Positions 28,099 through 40,960 of a DNA stretch of 64,000 nt are shown piece by piece. Position numbers and translations under genes: made by a program. Below the pieces are notes generated by a model. It was not told where the DNA came from, searched no databases, and saw only the letters and a list, made by a program, of their open reading frames with translations. Source of the stretch: Eledone cirrhosa (taxonomy: Eukaryota); contig OZ024740.1 in NCBI GenBank assembly GCA_964016885.1, forward strand, positions 185,070,001-185,134,000, given 5' to 3'. Numbering within the stretch: the stretch's first letter is position 1; every line of letters starts with the position of its first letter.

Positions 28099-30418
28099 TT
28101 TGCATACCACAGCAAATAGATGACGAGACGGAGGCACAGTTCACCATAGCTAGAAATAAGATTAGACAGGTAGTAGACAGGTACACTATGAGACAGAGCA
28201 GACCAGAGGCCCAACAACTTGGGAGAAAACCTGTAGAAGGCTTGGTTAGCCTCAAGCAGCGCACAAGGGATGGTGAGGTAGTGTGTCTACCCACAGATAA
28301 GTCTGGTAGGATATCAATAGATAGCATGCCGAACTACATCGAGGCAATGCAACCCCACATCACCAACACGAGCGAAGTTGCACAACTAACACACGATGGG
28401 AGAGAAAAAATCCTCAACGCTCACATGATGATGTGGACTGACATCCTAAAGCCAAGCAGACGCACTGCTAACAACTTCCAGGCGTCTAACAATGGCATAC
28501 CACCCTTGTATGGGCTCCTCAAAGACCACAAGACAGTCGACGACCCGACAACAGGACCACCAACAAGACCCGTATGCGGAGCTAATATAGCTAGCAACTA
28601 CAGGATCTCCTACTTCCTCTCAATGGTTATACGCCCCATAATCAAGATGTCCCCAGATGTATGTGAAAGTACAGAGGACCTCCTCAGCAGAATCAGTGAG
28701 TGCAACAAAAACAGGAGCCTATCCAACTGCATAATAGGCAGCATGGATGTAGTGTCACTGTACCCATCCATTAACATTGATTTTGCTGTGAAAAGATGTG
28801 TGGAGATGATCATTGAGAGTGAGGTGGAGTTCTGCGACGTCGACACAGACGAACTGGGCCCCATACTTAGACTTACCTACGACACTGACTACCTAGACAG
28901 CCATGACCTTAGATGTTTCTGCCCTAGTAGACCTATAAGAGGTAGACCCCCCACCATAACCTCAATGGCTAAAAAGACTCCCATAGGAAGGTGGATTGGG
29001 TGGACCAAAGCCATACGGACCCCCAAAACACTGATCAGGTAAGAAAAATGGTCGCACATGCAATAGGGGCTAGTATCAAAACTACCCTAAAGGGCCACAT
29101 ATTTAAGTTCAATGAGAAAATCTACACCCAAAATGAGGGAGCAGCCATCGGCGTCAGCATAGCTGGTGATGTTGCCAACCTTTTCATGGTATGGTGGGAA
29201 AGGAGACTTAAAGATCTCCTTAATGAAAGCTCCATAGACCTCATCATGTACTCTCGTTATGTAGATGATATCAATATAGTTATAAGAACACCCCCACTAG
29301 AGAGCACTAACAAGTTTGATTTAGAACGTAGCACAATGGAAAGCATCCAGCAGATAGCTAATTCCATACACCAGAGTATAACTGTAACTATAGACTTCTC
29401 TTCCAAACACCCTAACAATAGACTACCTGTATTAGACACAGAACTCTGGATTAACACTATAGATGAGAGAGCCCAAATTCTCCACTCACACTATGCTAAA
29501 CCCATGGCCTCCAAATACCTGATACTCAAAAACTCAGCAATGTCCAGTAGTGCTAAGTTTAATATTCTGATCGCAGATTTGGTACGAGTGATGAAGAATG
29601 TGTCCAGCATGTGCAACCCAACAGAAATGGAAGGACACATCCAACACTTCATCAACCGCATGCAGTTCTCTGGCTACAACCAAAGAGACAGAGTCAGAGT
29701 ATACGAAGGAGCCATGGAAAAGTATAAGACCCTCATAGAACTGGACATGAAAGGAATCTGCCCACTATACAGGAGCAAATCATGGAATAGCTTAGATAGG
29801 GCTAGACATAAGATAGGGAAGGCCACATCATGGTACGACAACCAGAGATATCAGAGTGTTATGTTTGTGGACGCCACCCCTGGAGGGAAATTAGCTAACC
29901 AGTGTAGAAAGGCCCTGAGAAAGACCCACTTAAAAAAAATAAAGGTGGTAGAAAAGCCAGGAACCACCATAAAATCCCTGATCAGCAAAACCTACCCTTT
30001 TAAGAAAACCCACTGTACCAATAGGAAGTGTATCATATGTAAGGTGAACCCCCGGATAAACTGTAAAACTAGAAACGTAGTCTATAGCATAAGATGTACA
30101 GAGGGTACTTGCAGAAACATGACAACAACATACATAGGTGAGACAGCTCGTAGCATAGGTGAAAGGATAGACCAACACTGGGGGGAACTAAAATGACGAA
30201 AAAACGGGTCAGTACTATACGAACATGCTAGACAACAACATGACGGTAACATAGACAACATAGAAATTAGAATAATATCTAAACATAGGAATGACCCAGC
30301 AGATAGGCAAATCAGAGAGGCCAGTGAAATAGAAATTAGAAGACCAAAGCTAAACAGAAAGAATGAGTGGAACAACAACAACACCCAAACAAACAACACT
30401 GACCTAAGAGAAGTATAA
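28099..30418 (+). pseudogene. PLE RT, Cys linker and GIY-YIG endonuclease; one frameshift (~29020) and one nonsense codon (30194)
   Basis: LPTDKSG, LYGLLKDHK, TRPV, SMDVVSLYPSI, GAAIG, YSRYVDD, LPVLD; CTNRKCIIC..C linker; NVVYSIRC..YIGETARSIGERIDQH; after TGA, EHARQQH..RQIREA..PKLN. Confidence 0.93.
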
Positions 30419-30678
30419 ATAAGTAAATAAAATTAAATAAAATAAGATAAATAAATACATACACAAGCACAATAACAACAAGCACATAAACACACACTAG
30501 TCACCCAGCAGACACAACACTATACACACTAGTCACACATCACACATAACACAATACTCATGCGCAAAGAAGACAAAATAAAATAAGATAAACAAACAAG
30601 CAAATAAATAAATAAATATATAGACAGACTGAATAAAAAATGGCGTAGACATACAACACAACAGGAGGAACAATGAAT

Positions 30679-30731
30679 ATAACATCACTGACGATGTTGC
30701 AGATGTGCAACGAAAGATTTATGTAAATTAT
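30679..30731 (+). ncRNA. Hammerhead ribozyme in the PLE 3' pLTR
   Basis: ATAA-CAT-CA CTGACGA T GTTGCA-GATG-TGCAAC GAAA GATT TA TG-TAAA-TTAT; expected position for a PLE HHR. Confidence 0.8.
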
Positions 30732-30984
30732 GTAAACTATATATATATATATGTGTTTGTGTCTATATTGTATCTGTATTATTTTTGACCGCCGGTCAGT
30801 CAATGGCAACATTGAGGACCGAGTAAGTTAGATCGCAGATATAATAAAAGACAGCGAGAAGCGAAAACCAACCAAACAGTGAGTGTGTTCTGTTATTAAT
30901 TCTGGCAATATTACGCAAATATGACCCTCCCCAAGTATAACAATATCTGTTTCGACACACGATTTCATATAAAAAACCTCGCAA

Positions 30985-31107
<123 letters not shown>

Positions 31108-31391
31108 ATAAAATCCAGTTACTAATCATCTATAGTAATGATCAAGTGTAAACATGAAAAGAAATATCACTCTATCCAAACAAAGGATTGTTATAATTGA
31201 TGTTGACCTATCTTATTAGATTTAGAATCAAATATAAAATTGTTTGTCATGGTCATAAAAAAACAATAAAAATGTGTCTGGCTAGCTAAAATTTGGAAAG
31301 ATATTCCCTGCTATATAAAAAAAATGTTTTTCTTTTTATACATATTTATGAAAATGTAAAGGTTTTGTCATGTTGTAATCAAAATCAACAG

Positions 31392-31607
31392 GCCAAAGAC
31401 TCAACAGTCTCTGTGGCAGAGGAGACTTCTGGCTTCTTGGCATAAAGACCCCATTGCTGCTCACTGCTATCAGAGCAGAGCTTGCTTCATGCAAGTGCAA
31501 GCCCTGTCACGTGAAGTGACCGTTGCAGCACATCTCCCTTGTCACACTCCAGAGCAATTTCTTCTCCATCCTGTTAGTTGGGACTATGTAGTTGACTGTC
31601 CCTTAAG
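31392..31607 (+). other. Candidate isolated 216-bp exon (host gene or lncRNA)
   Basis: More GC-rich island; ACAG|G acceptor (poor pyrimidine tract); AAG|GTAAG donor; one frame open for 71 codons, phase 2-2. No recognisable homology. Confidence 0.25.
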
Positions 31608-33632
31608 GTAAGCTGCTTGTATATTATATTTTACTTTATCAGATGATCAACATCTTGTAACATTTAGAGACAAGACAGAAAACTTAGAAGGTGGAATGAA
31701 AATGAAATATTATCTAAACTGCTTTTCCTAACACCAACCACATATGAAGTGTATTGGCTGCATTATATCATGGAGAAGTTGGTATATTCTCAGCAATACT
31801 CAAGGGTACTCTTGACTCTATATAATCTCTACTCCTCATGTGGTGATTGAAAATATGGAGAAAGATGATCAACATCTGGTTTCAACTGAGAAGAAAACTT
31901 TTACCACACAGTAACAACTCAAAATTGTTATTCCATAGTGCTCAGTTACAACATCTCCAATCAAGTATGCCAAAAGTGAAAGAGCATCATGTATATAATC
32001 ATAGAAAGTTAAAACAACAAATTATTTTCTATTTCGATTGAAAGATAATTTATTTGAACTATACCATTTTAAGGGAAAGTATAAATGCCACAGTTTCCTC
32101 TTTCACTTTGCAAATGTACATGTATGCCTAAATGTGTTTTTGGGGTGAAAATTTATCCGACATTTGAAATATCTCCAACATAGCGACAAGGCTATACATT
32201 TTGAGAGCGAGAGAGAGATAGAGAGTATAACTGATTAAATTGATTCCAGTACATCACTGGTACTGTATTTGATTTACTGCAGAAGGGATAAATCGTGTTC
32301 TTAAATAATTCCAAGTAAATACTATTGTTGATTTAAGTATTTTAGTCTTGTTGAGCTTCGAAATAATGAACAAAATATGGTATCTAGATTTCTATACAGC
32401 ACATATAGAATGCCTATAGATTTCACTTTGGTGAATTGATATGAATCAGAATAAAATGTTTTAAAGTAAAGGAGACAGGGAAATAAAAATACCTGTTCAA
32501 CAGAGAATCTTAATGTCAGAATTAATATCTTGCCATCAAGCTATTACCTACAGAATGGGAAAGAGTATCAATCATCATTTGGACTGTTTAGTCTGGAAAG
32601 TATGTCATTTTTGCTTTGACACTCTGCCACACACACACACCCTTAAATGCATGCATCTATGTGTACATGTGCAAGTGTGTATATATTTTGTGTAGATGTA
32701 TGTATGTATGTATGCATGTCAGTGTCATCATCACCATCATCATTGTGGATGTTAAACGATGATGATAATACCAACATACATACACACATCTACACAAAAC
32801 ATATACAGACTTGTACATACATGTACACAAAGGTGTATGCACCAACATTCATACATTTTGTATTCATAAAGATAGCTCTGGTGACTGACACATACACCCA
32901 AACAAATGCACACATAAAAACCTATGCACACAGAGAAACATAATATTTGAAGGTAAAGCCATCAACTATGGCAATGTCGTAGTAGCAGTAAAGCATTTAA
33001 ATAACTTAATAATTTGCTGTATTGAGTTGCTACATTCAGTATTCAAATACCAGCAATGTCAGTTTTATCTTTCATCTTTTCAGGGTCGGTAAAAATATAA
33101 TAGTCACATGTTGATGTTGATATAACCAAACTATTTCTTCACTTCAGATTTGTAGCAATGTGTTTATTATATACTACATACAAGTATTAGCTATAAAGTT
33201 TTGCATAAACATAAAAAATTAATCTCATTCTCCTTGATATTTTAATACCCTATTTGGTTCTATTTTTGTTTGCTACTTAATGATCTCTTAAGTGATAAGT
33301 TCCATACAATCCAGTTCTGATCCACACTACTTGAGATACTATATGTAGTAACAATGTACTGTTATTGTTAGCGAATTTTCAGCATTACCCTGTCTCATCA
33401 ATCAAATATTTATCCATATATACAAACAAACAACCTAAGATATTATTGTACTGTATGCTATCTATGTATATATCTTTATCAATCTATACCTATTTATGAA
33501 TCTATAGATAGCTAGTTCTATTAAAAGATCTGACATTCTATATATATATATATATATACACACACAGACACCCATATATATATATTTATATATATGGGTG
33601 TCAATTGCAAACTTGACTGTCACCACACATTA

Positions 33633-33671
33633 TGAACCTGAAGATTGCGAAAGCATGAAAGTACTTGTTCA
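33633..33671 (+). ncRNA. Minimal hammerhead ribozyme (39 nt) in a short solo element (~33595-33800)
   Basis: TGAAC CTGAAGA T TGC-GAAA-GCA T GAAA GTAC TT GTTCA: 5-bp stem I, GNRA loop, palindromic stem III. Confidence 0.82.
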
Positions 33672-34630
33672 ATTAACACTTAACATTTAATATTCTACCA
33701 TACTATTTCATTCTAATACCATTATAAATTTTAAAGGATTGTAAATAAAACGAGTAAATCAGACAAAGTTGGAATTCCTTTGATTAATATAATCTTCTAT
33801 ACACAATCATACACACCCGTGTATATTTATCTATCTATATATATATATATTTATATATATGAGAGAAAGATGCATCTATATTTTCTTTTATATATTCCTA
33901 CTTGTTTATCAATACAAGTTGTTTGGCTGCCTTTCCCTTCCTATATATGTTTGTTTGAAAATTGTGTATTTTGTAAATATATGTATGCATGAATGTGTGT
34001 GTGTGAGAGAGAGACTATTGTATGTGTAAAATCATTTTATAGAATTTCTTCCTTTAGACATCAAATAAACTAAAAACAATAAACTCTTAAACATTGTTGA
34101 AAATGTAAGGATATGAGTTGAAATACAAAGATTATAATTCTCTTTGATATATTTATATATATTAAATTTTATCCTCTTATATGAAAGAAAGGCAATCATA
34201 GAAGTTAGAAAAATAAGTTTATATTACGATGATGAAATAAACGAAATAGCTGGTCTTTAACCCCTTGCTAGTTATGTATAACTGTATATAAATACACACT
34301 TGCATATTTGTAAATATATACACACACACATGTATACAGAATGCCAGACAAACACTTAAAATCATTCATACACAAACTTATTAAATTCTGTTGCAATTTA
34401 AAATTAAGGAAAAACAAATATATTATCATCATCTCGTCATCATCGTTTACTTTCTATTTTCTTTGCTAGCAAGGAAAATAGATGGTAAATGATGACGATG
34501 TGGATTGGATCTTCACAGACAATATCATTTCTCAGGTAGGGATACTGACTTTCCAGACACGACAGGTATTCACATCTCAATTACATAATGTCTGTTCTAC
34601 ATCCTGTGGAGTGTGTATATATATATATAC

Positions 34631-36691
34631 AGTAGGGTGGAGGGGTCAATTAAGGCCAAAAAGCAGGCTTGGAAAGTATGGCGGGATGGGGGAAGTAGAG
34701 TAGACTATCAAGTGGCCAGGAGGGAAGCTAGGAGAGAAGTGTACTTAGCAAGAAGGGAAGCTGAGGAAAGAAAGTTCAAGCATGTTCTACAACGCGATGA
34801 CCAAAAACGTGAGGTGTTCAGGATTGCCAGGCAATGCGTCAAGGAAAACCGTGATATTGTCGGGGAGAAGTGTGTACTTAACGATGATGGCATACTTGCC
34901 ATCACCGACACTGATAAGAAGGTAGCTTGGAAGTGTCACTATGAAAGGCTACTAAATGAGGAGAATAAATGGGAGAAAGACAGTCTCCCCCATATCGACC
35001 CGATAGAGGGACCAGCAGTGTTAGTCGAGGGGAGTATAATAAGTAAGGCAATCAAGGATATGAAGACGGGTAAGGCGGCTGGGCCTTCGGAAATAGTTGC
35101 TGAGATGCTGAAGGCATCTGGCACGGTGGGACACACCATGGTCACCCGCATAGTTAACCAAGTCGTACAGAATGGGGTTGTTCCGAAGGACTGGCATAGC
35201 AGCATCATCGTTAACTGTTATAAGGGTAAAGGAGACGCCCTAGATAGGAGTAACTATAGAGGCATTAAATTAATCGACCAGGTCATGAAGGTCACGGAAA
35301 AAGTAATAGCGCAACTAATCAGAGAGAGAATTGACCTAGATGAAATGCAGTTCGGGTTTGTGTCAGGCAAAAGCACCACAGACGCTCTTTTCATAGTACG
35401 ACAACTACAGGAGAAGTACCTAGCTAAAGGTAAACCCCTCTACTTAGCTTTTGTCGACCTGGAGAAAGCCTTCGACAGAGTCCCCCGCTCCATTATCTGG
35501 TGGGCTCTTAGAAAACTAGGCGTTGACGAATGGCTTGTGAGGGCTATACAAGCCATGTATAAAGAAACAGTCAGCAAGGTTAGAATTAACAACGAATATA
35601 GTGAAGAGTTTAGCGTAAAAGTTGGCGTCCATCAGGGCTCTGTTCTCAGCCCCCTACTATTTATTATTGCCCTTCAGGCTATAACAGAGGAGTTCAAGAC
35701 AGGCTGCCCATGGGAACTCCTATACGCAGACGACCTGACACTCATAGCGGAATCAATGGCCGAGCTAGAGAAGAAATTCCAAACATGGAAGCATGGCCTA
35801 GAGTCAAAAGGACTTAAAATTAACCTGGCTAAGACCAAAGTTCTAGTTTGTAGGAAAGAAAACAAGGCGGCAGTCCCTTCTGGGAAATGGTCGTGCTCGG
35901 TATGTAGGAAAGGCGTAGGTAGAAACTCCATCTTATGTCCTAAATGCAAAGTATGGGTGCATAAAAGATGTAGTGGGATCACAGGTAAGCTAACTAAGAA
36001 CATAGACTTTACATGTGGCCGGTGTTCTGGTGCAATAAGTAGCAGCAAGTGCCCACAAAATACTAGCTCTTTCAATTGCGCAGAGGGTTCTATAGAAATA
36101 GTGGACAGCTTCCGTTACCTGGGCGATAAAATCAGCAGTGGGGGAGGGTGCTCTGAAAGTACTGTAGCTAGAGTCAGAACTGGTTGGAAAAAGTTCAGAG
36201 AGCTTATACCACTATTAGCTGCTAAAGGGTTCTCCCTAAAAATGAAAGGCAGGTTGTACGATGCCTGCATACGAACAGCAATGTTGCATGGTAGTGAGAC
36301 CTGGGCATTGTGTGCAGAGGATATACGCAGACTAGAGAGGAACGAAGCTTGCATGCTCCGCTGGATGTGTAACAGTAATATACGTGAACGGCAAAGCATA
36401 AACGAACTAAGGAAAAAATTAGAGATAAGAGGGATCAGATGTTGTTTACTCGAGAGAAGGCTGCGTTGGTATGGACACGTGATGCGCATGAAAGTCGATA
36501 GCTGTATTACAAAGTGCAGGGCAATAAAGATAGACGGTAGCCACGGAATAGGCAGACCTAGAAAAACATGGGATGAGCTGATAAACTCCGACCTCACACA
36601 CTTACACCTCTCCAAGACAATGTCACTGGGCCGAGACCTTTGGCGGTACTCAGTAACAGAGAAGACCCGCCTTGCCAGTAGGCATCTCTAA
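34631..36691 (+). CDS. RTE ORF2 remnant: reverse transcriptase with an inserted PHD-like finger (no genuine start codon)
   Basis: KAAGP, NYRGIKL, QFGF, FVDLEKAFDRV, GVHQGSVLSP, LYADD, FRYLG, HGSETW, RLRWYGHV, GRPRKTW. Confidence 0.9.
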   Translation, partial: SRVEGSIKAKKQAWKVWRDGGSRVDYQVARREARREVYLARREAEERKFKHVLQRDDQKREVFRIARQCVKENRDIVGEKCVLNDDGILAITDTDKKVAWKCHYERLLNEENKWEKDSLPHIDPIEGPAVLVEGSIISKAIKDMKTGKAAGPSEIVAEMLKASGTVGHTMVTRIVNQVVQNGVVPKDWHSSIIVNCYKGKGDALDRSNYRGIKLIDQVMKVTEKVIAQLIRERIDLDEMQFGFVSGKSTTDALFIVRQLQEKYLAKGKPLYLAFVDLEKAFDRVPRSIIWWALRKLGVDEWLVRAIQAMYKETVSKVRINNEYSEEFSVKVGVHQGSVLSPLLFIIALQAITEEFKTGCPWELLYADDLTLIAESMAELEKKFQTWKHGLESKGLKINLAKTKVLVCRKENKAAVPSGKWSCSVCRKGVGRNSILCPKCKVWVHKRCSGITGKLTKNIDFTCGRCSGAISSSKCPQNTSSFNCAEGSIEIVDSFRYLGDKISSGGGCSESTVARVRTGWKKFRELIPLLAAKGFSLKMKGRLYDACIRTAMLHGSETWALCAEDIRRLERNEACMLRWMCNSNIRERQSINELRKKLEIRGIRCCLLERRLRWYGHVMRMKVDSCITKCRAIKIDGSHGIGRPRKTWDELINSDLTHLHLSKTMSLGRDLWRYSVTEKTRLASRHL

Positions 36692-37046
36692 CAAAATACA
36701 CCCCGTCCCGCCACCACCCCCACCCCATCCACACCACCCCGTTCTATGTAAAGTTATGTTGGTGCCGCGCCATCCAGGCCGAAACAAATGAGATCGTGTA
36801 GGTGTCACGACAAAAAAACACACAGTCCACGCTGTAATGTGGCCGTGTAGGCAACACGGTAAAAACCTCCCAGACCCACACTGTAAATGTGGTTGGTGTT
36901 AGGAAGGGCATCCAACTGTAGAAAACCTGCCAGACAGTCCTATGCGAGCAAGACAATCACTCTTGCCTCAAGTGGGACTACCCCCGTCCAAACCCATGCA
37001 AGCGTGGAACACGGACGTTAAACGTTGATGATGATGATGATGATGA
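34631..37046 (+). mobile_element. RTE-clade LINE, 5'-truncated (no AP endonuclease), young, (GAT)n tail
   Basis: Uninterrupted ~2-kb frame, 3' UTR 36692-37025, tail GATGATGAT; begins abruptly after a short TA run. Confidence 0.95.
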
Positions 37047-37205
37047 TACAACTTCAGCCTAGTCTGCAACATGTCGGCTAGGGACTGCTTCATTTGCATA
37101 CATATAATACTTAATTTTGTTTGTTCAATTTATTTGGTATGCCAACACAACTTTTGTAATCCTGTTTCGGTTGTAAATAAATCACTGGAATCATATGATT
37201 CCAGG

Positions 37206-37500
37206 TCCTCAGTGAAATAACAACCCAACCAGGAACTGTATTGACAAAGTTATACACCTCAACAAGATGTGTACTCGTCTCTACCACACTAATTCGGACT
37301 GCCTGAAATGGTCACAGCCAATGATGGCTGTCACCGAAATATATATAGCAGTAATAAACGAAGCCAAATTTTAAACATTTGACTTATTTATTTTATTTTA
37401 TTTTACATTACTCCAGAGTAACCAAACCAACCTGCGCACTTCGTCGAGTGCTCCAATCTGCATACTGAGGTGTTGGTATACGACCAACATATACTCAAAA
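37206..37500 (+). mobile_element. HHR-bearing repeat, copy 2 (core mutated to CTGAAAT at 37303-37309), with a 30-nt extension
   Basis: Matches 536-799; stems I-III retained at 37298-37352. Confidence 0.82.
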
Positions 37501-39014
37501 TATATATATATATATACAGAGGGGGATATAACATCCCAGTGATTGAAACAACACCTTCCAGGTGAGCTGCAATATTTGACATTTAATCAATGCTTTCTAT
37601 TAACTATGCAGTACAAAGCTATACTGAATGAATTTTAACTTAAACATTACTGAGGATTACAGATGTTTTGACAAGAGTGAGTCAAGGTCAATGATATCTG
37701 GTCTATCTTATGTTGTAATTATATAAGACCAAACCAGTATAAAGAGCAGGTACGTTGTCATCTTAAGGGCCCAGTACAATTCCTATGATCACTAAAGCTG
37801 TAAAATGGACAAAATCCCAGGCAGGCATTTCAGAGACTTGTTCTAGATAAACCACAGAAAATAAATAAACAGACCGTAAATGAAACAAAAAACAATCTTT
37901 AGCTCCTGACAAAATAACACAAATGCTTATAGGGAGTTATACAGATGATAACAAATTTATGTAAATTAACCCTTTCATTATCATATTTCCAATGGAAAAC
38001 AATGTCTGTTTCAAATAATAAAAAAAAAATATTTGGAGAATTGAATAAGATATCTAATATTTTCACTTGTAAAATGATATTTGAAGCATCAGTTAACAAA
38101 AATATACTTTTTACAATTATAAAGGAACCATTTAATATAAATATGAACCCTTAAAAATGGACATTTCATATCGTAAAACCATGGCCAGTTTCAGGTGGGT
38201 TGGTATCAAAAGGTTTAATGAGAAAATCATTATGTAGGCATTCGGCCAATTGGAAATATCGGCCAAATCTTCTTCAAATAATACTCTACCAACTTGGAAA
38301 ACTAAAGGACACATTGTATAATGTTTAGCAGCATTCAGGGTGGTCATAACTGTAATTAATTTAATTTGATCATAGATTCACTCAGTCAAGGTTGACCTGG
38401 TGCTAAACAATAACAGCAACAACTATTCTACCTAAATTAATAAATATTGATCTTTAAAATACTCAAGTGTTGCTGTATGTGATACTTGTATATTCTGCAG
38501 GTAACTGCCTAACTTGAGTAAGGTTACCAATTGCAAGGAAGTATTTGAAAAAAAAATATAAGAAAAGCACACACACATGCACACACATTACTCAAATCCA
38601 AGCAAATAACAAAAAGATTAAAATTGTAAATAAAAAGTAACAATAAATGTATTCATTTCTTAAGGGTTGTAATTATAATATCCTTTATATCAGTTATCCA
38701 GTATATAGCTGTTGGCAGACATACTTAGTTACCACATACTCCCCTCTTCCACACTTCTCTAATAGAAAATGGAGTCATCTAGCTAAGATGAAGGTTGAGG
38801 TGACTTAACTCACATGTAAAAACACACACACAAACACTCACATATAGCATACACAAGCACACATGCAATTATCTCTCTCCCTCGTTCTGACAGATAAAAA
38901 TTTGCATAGTTCTAAATTAATTATTTTTTGCTCAGGTATAATTAAAAGTGAGCAAATCAAAAGACTTGTATTAAGTTTCACTCTATCAAGTTAGAAGATC
39001 TGAGATTGCTTAAT

Positions 39015-39215
39015 TTATCATTATCATCATCATCATCATCACCATCACCACCATCATCGATATCATTGTCGTCATCATCAGCATCGTCACCAACATTGTT
39101 GTCATTAATATCACTTCTACCTCACCATAACCAGCATCATTATCTCTCTCACCCATCACATTCATCATCACTATCTTCATTTCTATCACCATCACTGTTA
39201 CTATCATCCTAATCA
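39015..39215. repeat. Degenerate (CAT)n microsatellite
   Basis: Visible; source of the poly-Ser and poly-Met pseudo-ORFs. Confidence 0.9.
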
Positions 39216-39524
39216 TGTTATATTTTGTTGTTGTTGCAGCTGCTTTTATTATTTTTTATTTCTATTATTATTATTATAGTTGTATTTATCTTGCTTTATA
39301 TTCATACGAGTTATCACCAAGTCACAACCAGTGACCTCAAGAGTCAACAAGGTCCGCCATGTTCAAGAAAGAACATACATACACACATGCATGTTTAGGT
39401 GTTTAGACTTGTGATGTACTTATATTGACAGAATCTTCCTTAGTATATGGGCAGTTCCCATTAGTACTATCTTTTGTATTTCTCCTATACGCGGGCTTCC
39501 TGGGATTTGCGATAAGCAATTATT

Positions 39525-39555
<31 letters not shown>

Positions 39556-39560
39556 TCATT

Positions 39561-39750
39561 AGGGATGGCAGTGGATTGGCAGTATCGGTAGAGGGTAGGA
39601 CACCATGCTTTGACTCATAGAGTTACGACCCTTGCCATTCTGAGTTCAAATCCCGTTGAGGTTAACTTTGCCTTTCATCTTTACGGGGTCGATAAAATAA
39701 GTACCAGTAATCTGCTGGGTATTTGCTGGCCTTGTGCCAAAAAGTAGAAA
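39561..39750 (+). mobile_element. tRNA-derived SINE of the 24310 family
   Basis: GTGGATTGGCAGTATCGGTAGA..GAGTTCAAATCC..GAGGTTAACTTTGCCTTTCATC. Confidence 0.85.
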
Positions 39751-40559
39751 CAATTATTATCATTAGGGATATTGGTATATTCTTTGTCTTTTTCTTCCTT
39801 GATATTGTGATCCTCATCATTAACATTATTATTATGGGACTAATAAAGGTAGCAATATTTTTATTATTATTATTTAAACATGATTGCACTCATGATTATC
39901 TTCATTATTTCATTAATGCTACCATTATCATCAACATCAACTGTGCCAGCATCATTATCATAGATAATGTTTGTTTTTCTGATTTATTTTAATTTGCATT
40001 AAATATTTTTTTTTTTAAATGTGTAAAGACGCTATTAGTGAAATATTTTATTAATTCGATCAATACACCCTGAAACTTCACTTCTCCGATACAATCATAT
40101 CCTTATATTTTTTCTATCATATTTGAATATTTTTGAAGATATAATCGTGCCTCTTTATTAAAAAATTATTTCCATGTTATTTCTTTTTCTTGCTTGAGAA
40201 ACAGAATTTTAAGATAATTTCTCAAAAAAGAGAATAAAGGACTTCCAATATCAGGCATTTAAGAAATATTCCACAATATCAACACAATCTGCATTATCAG
40301 TGTTATTACTATTGCTATTTTTGTTGATACTAATATTGTTATTATTATTCATATAGTGCCCTTGTGGCAAATAAATGAAATTACTATTTTTAGAATAAAT
40401 AAAAATTAAAATATAAAGAAATTTTCATTATAATTATTATCTCCTTTTAACAGCTTAGTCTTACTGATAGTAATTTAGGACTCCACATCAGGTTTAACAT
40501 AAGCTTAAGACATGGAGAGCGACTAGTTCTTCACTCATTTAATTGAAAAAAGTTTTAAA

Positions 40560-40960
40560 TAATATGTGCTGTCCCTAAAATCACTGATTTTTTTTAAGAG
40601 TACTCACCTCAGACTCTGTTAAGAGTTTTTTCAAGTTATGGAAATCTGGTTGGATTAATCCCAAAGCATCAGTGATTGCAAGAATAATGTGTATCTCTTT
40701 ATTCCACATCTCTGCTATTTCCACCTTACACTCAGAGTAATTTCCTAACTTCTCATTTCACTTTTATGCCAGATTGGTATTCACTACATCAATTATGAAA
40801 CTCTTATTTTTTGTTTTTTCAATCACTAAAATATCAGTTTGTCTGTGTTTGATTGCCCTATCTGTTTAAATGCTCATATTACACAATATCTGGAAAATTG
40901 TGTTCACTATCACAGTTTAGATAGCTTATAGTATTTGTTCAAGCTCTTACTGTGTTCAAA
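40560..40960 (-). pseudogene. Relic restriction-like endonuclease domain of an R4/Dong/NeSL-type non-LTR element
   Basis: Minus strand TDRAIKHRQTDILVIEK..FIIDV..EKLGNYSECKVEIAEMWNKEIHIILAITDALGLI resembles the RPDI..IIDV..EKxxKY..E..W..IPVVIGALG motif. Confidence 0.65.

Noticed and set aside
30194-30196. In-frame TGA as possible selenocysteine (some Naiads are selenoproteins); also the TGA at 49115-49117
   Set aside because: 30194 is not at a Cys position and is more simply a nonsense change (possibly CGA to TGA). 49115 follows a frameshift. Conserved Cys codons in the Naiad copies are TGT/TGC, and I recognised no SECIS.
36115-36615. Antisense ORFs over the RTE and PLE coding regions
   Set aside because: Shadow frames of the sense RT ORFs.
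40601-40610. Canonical minus-strand donor GAG|GTGAGTA
   Set aside because: It lies within an RLE retrotransposon relic, and there is no evidence of an exon.
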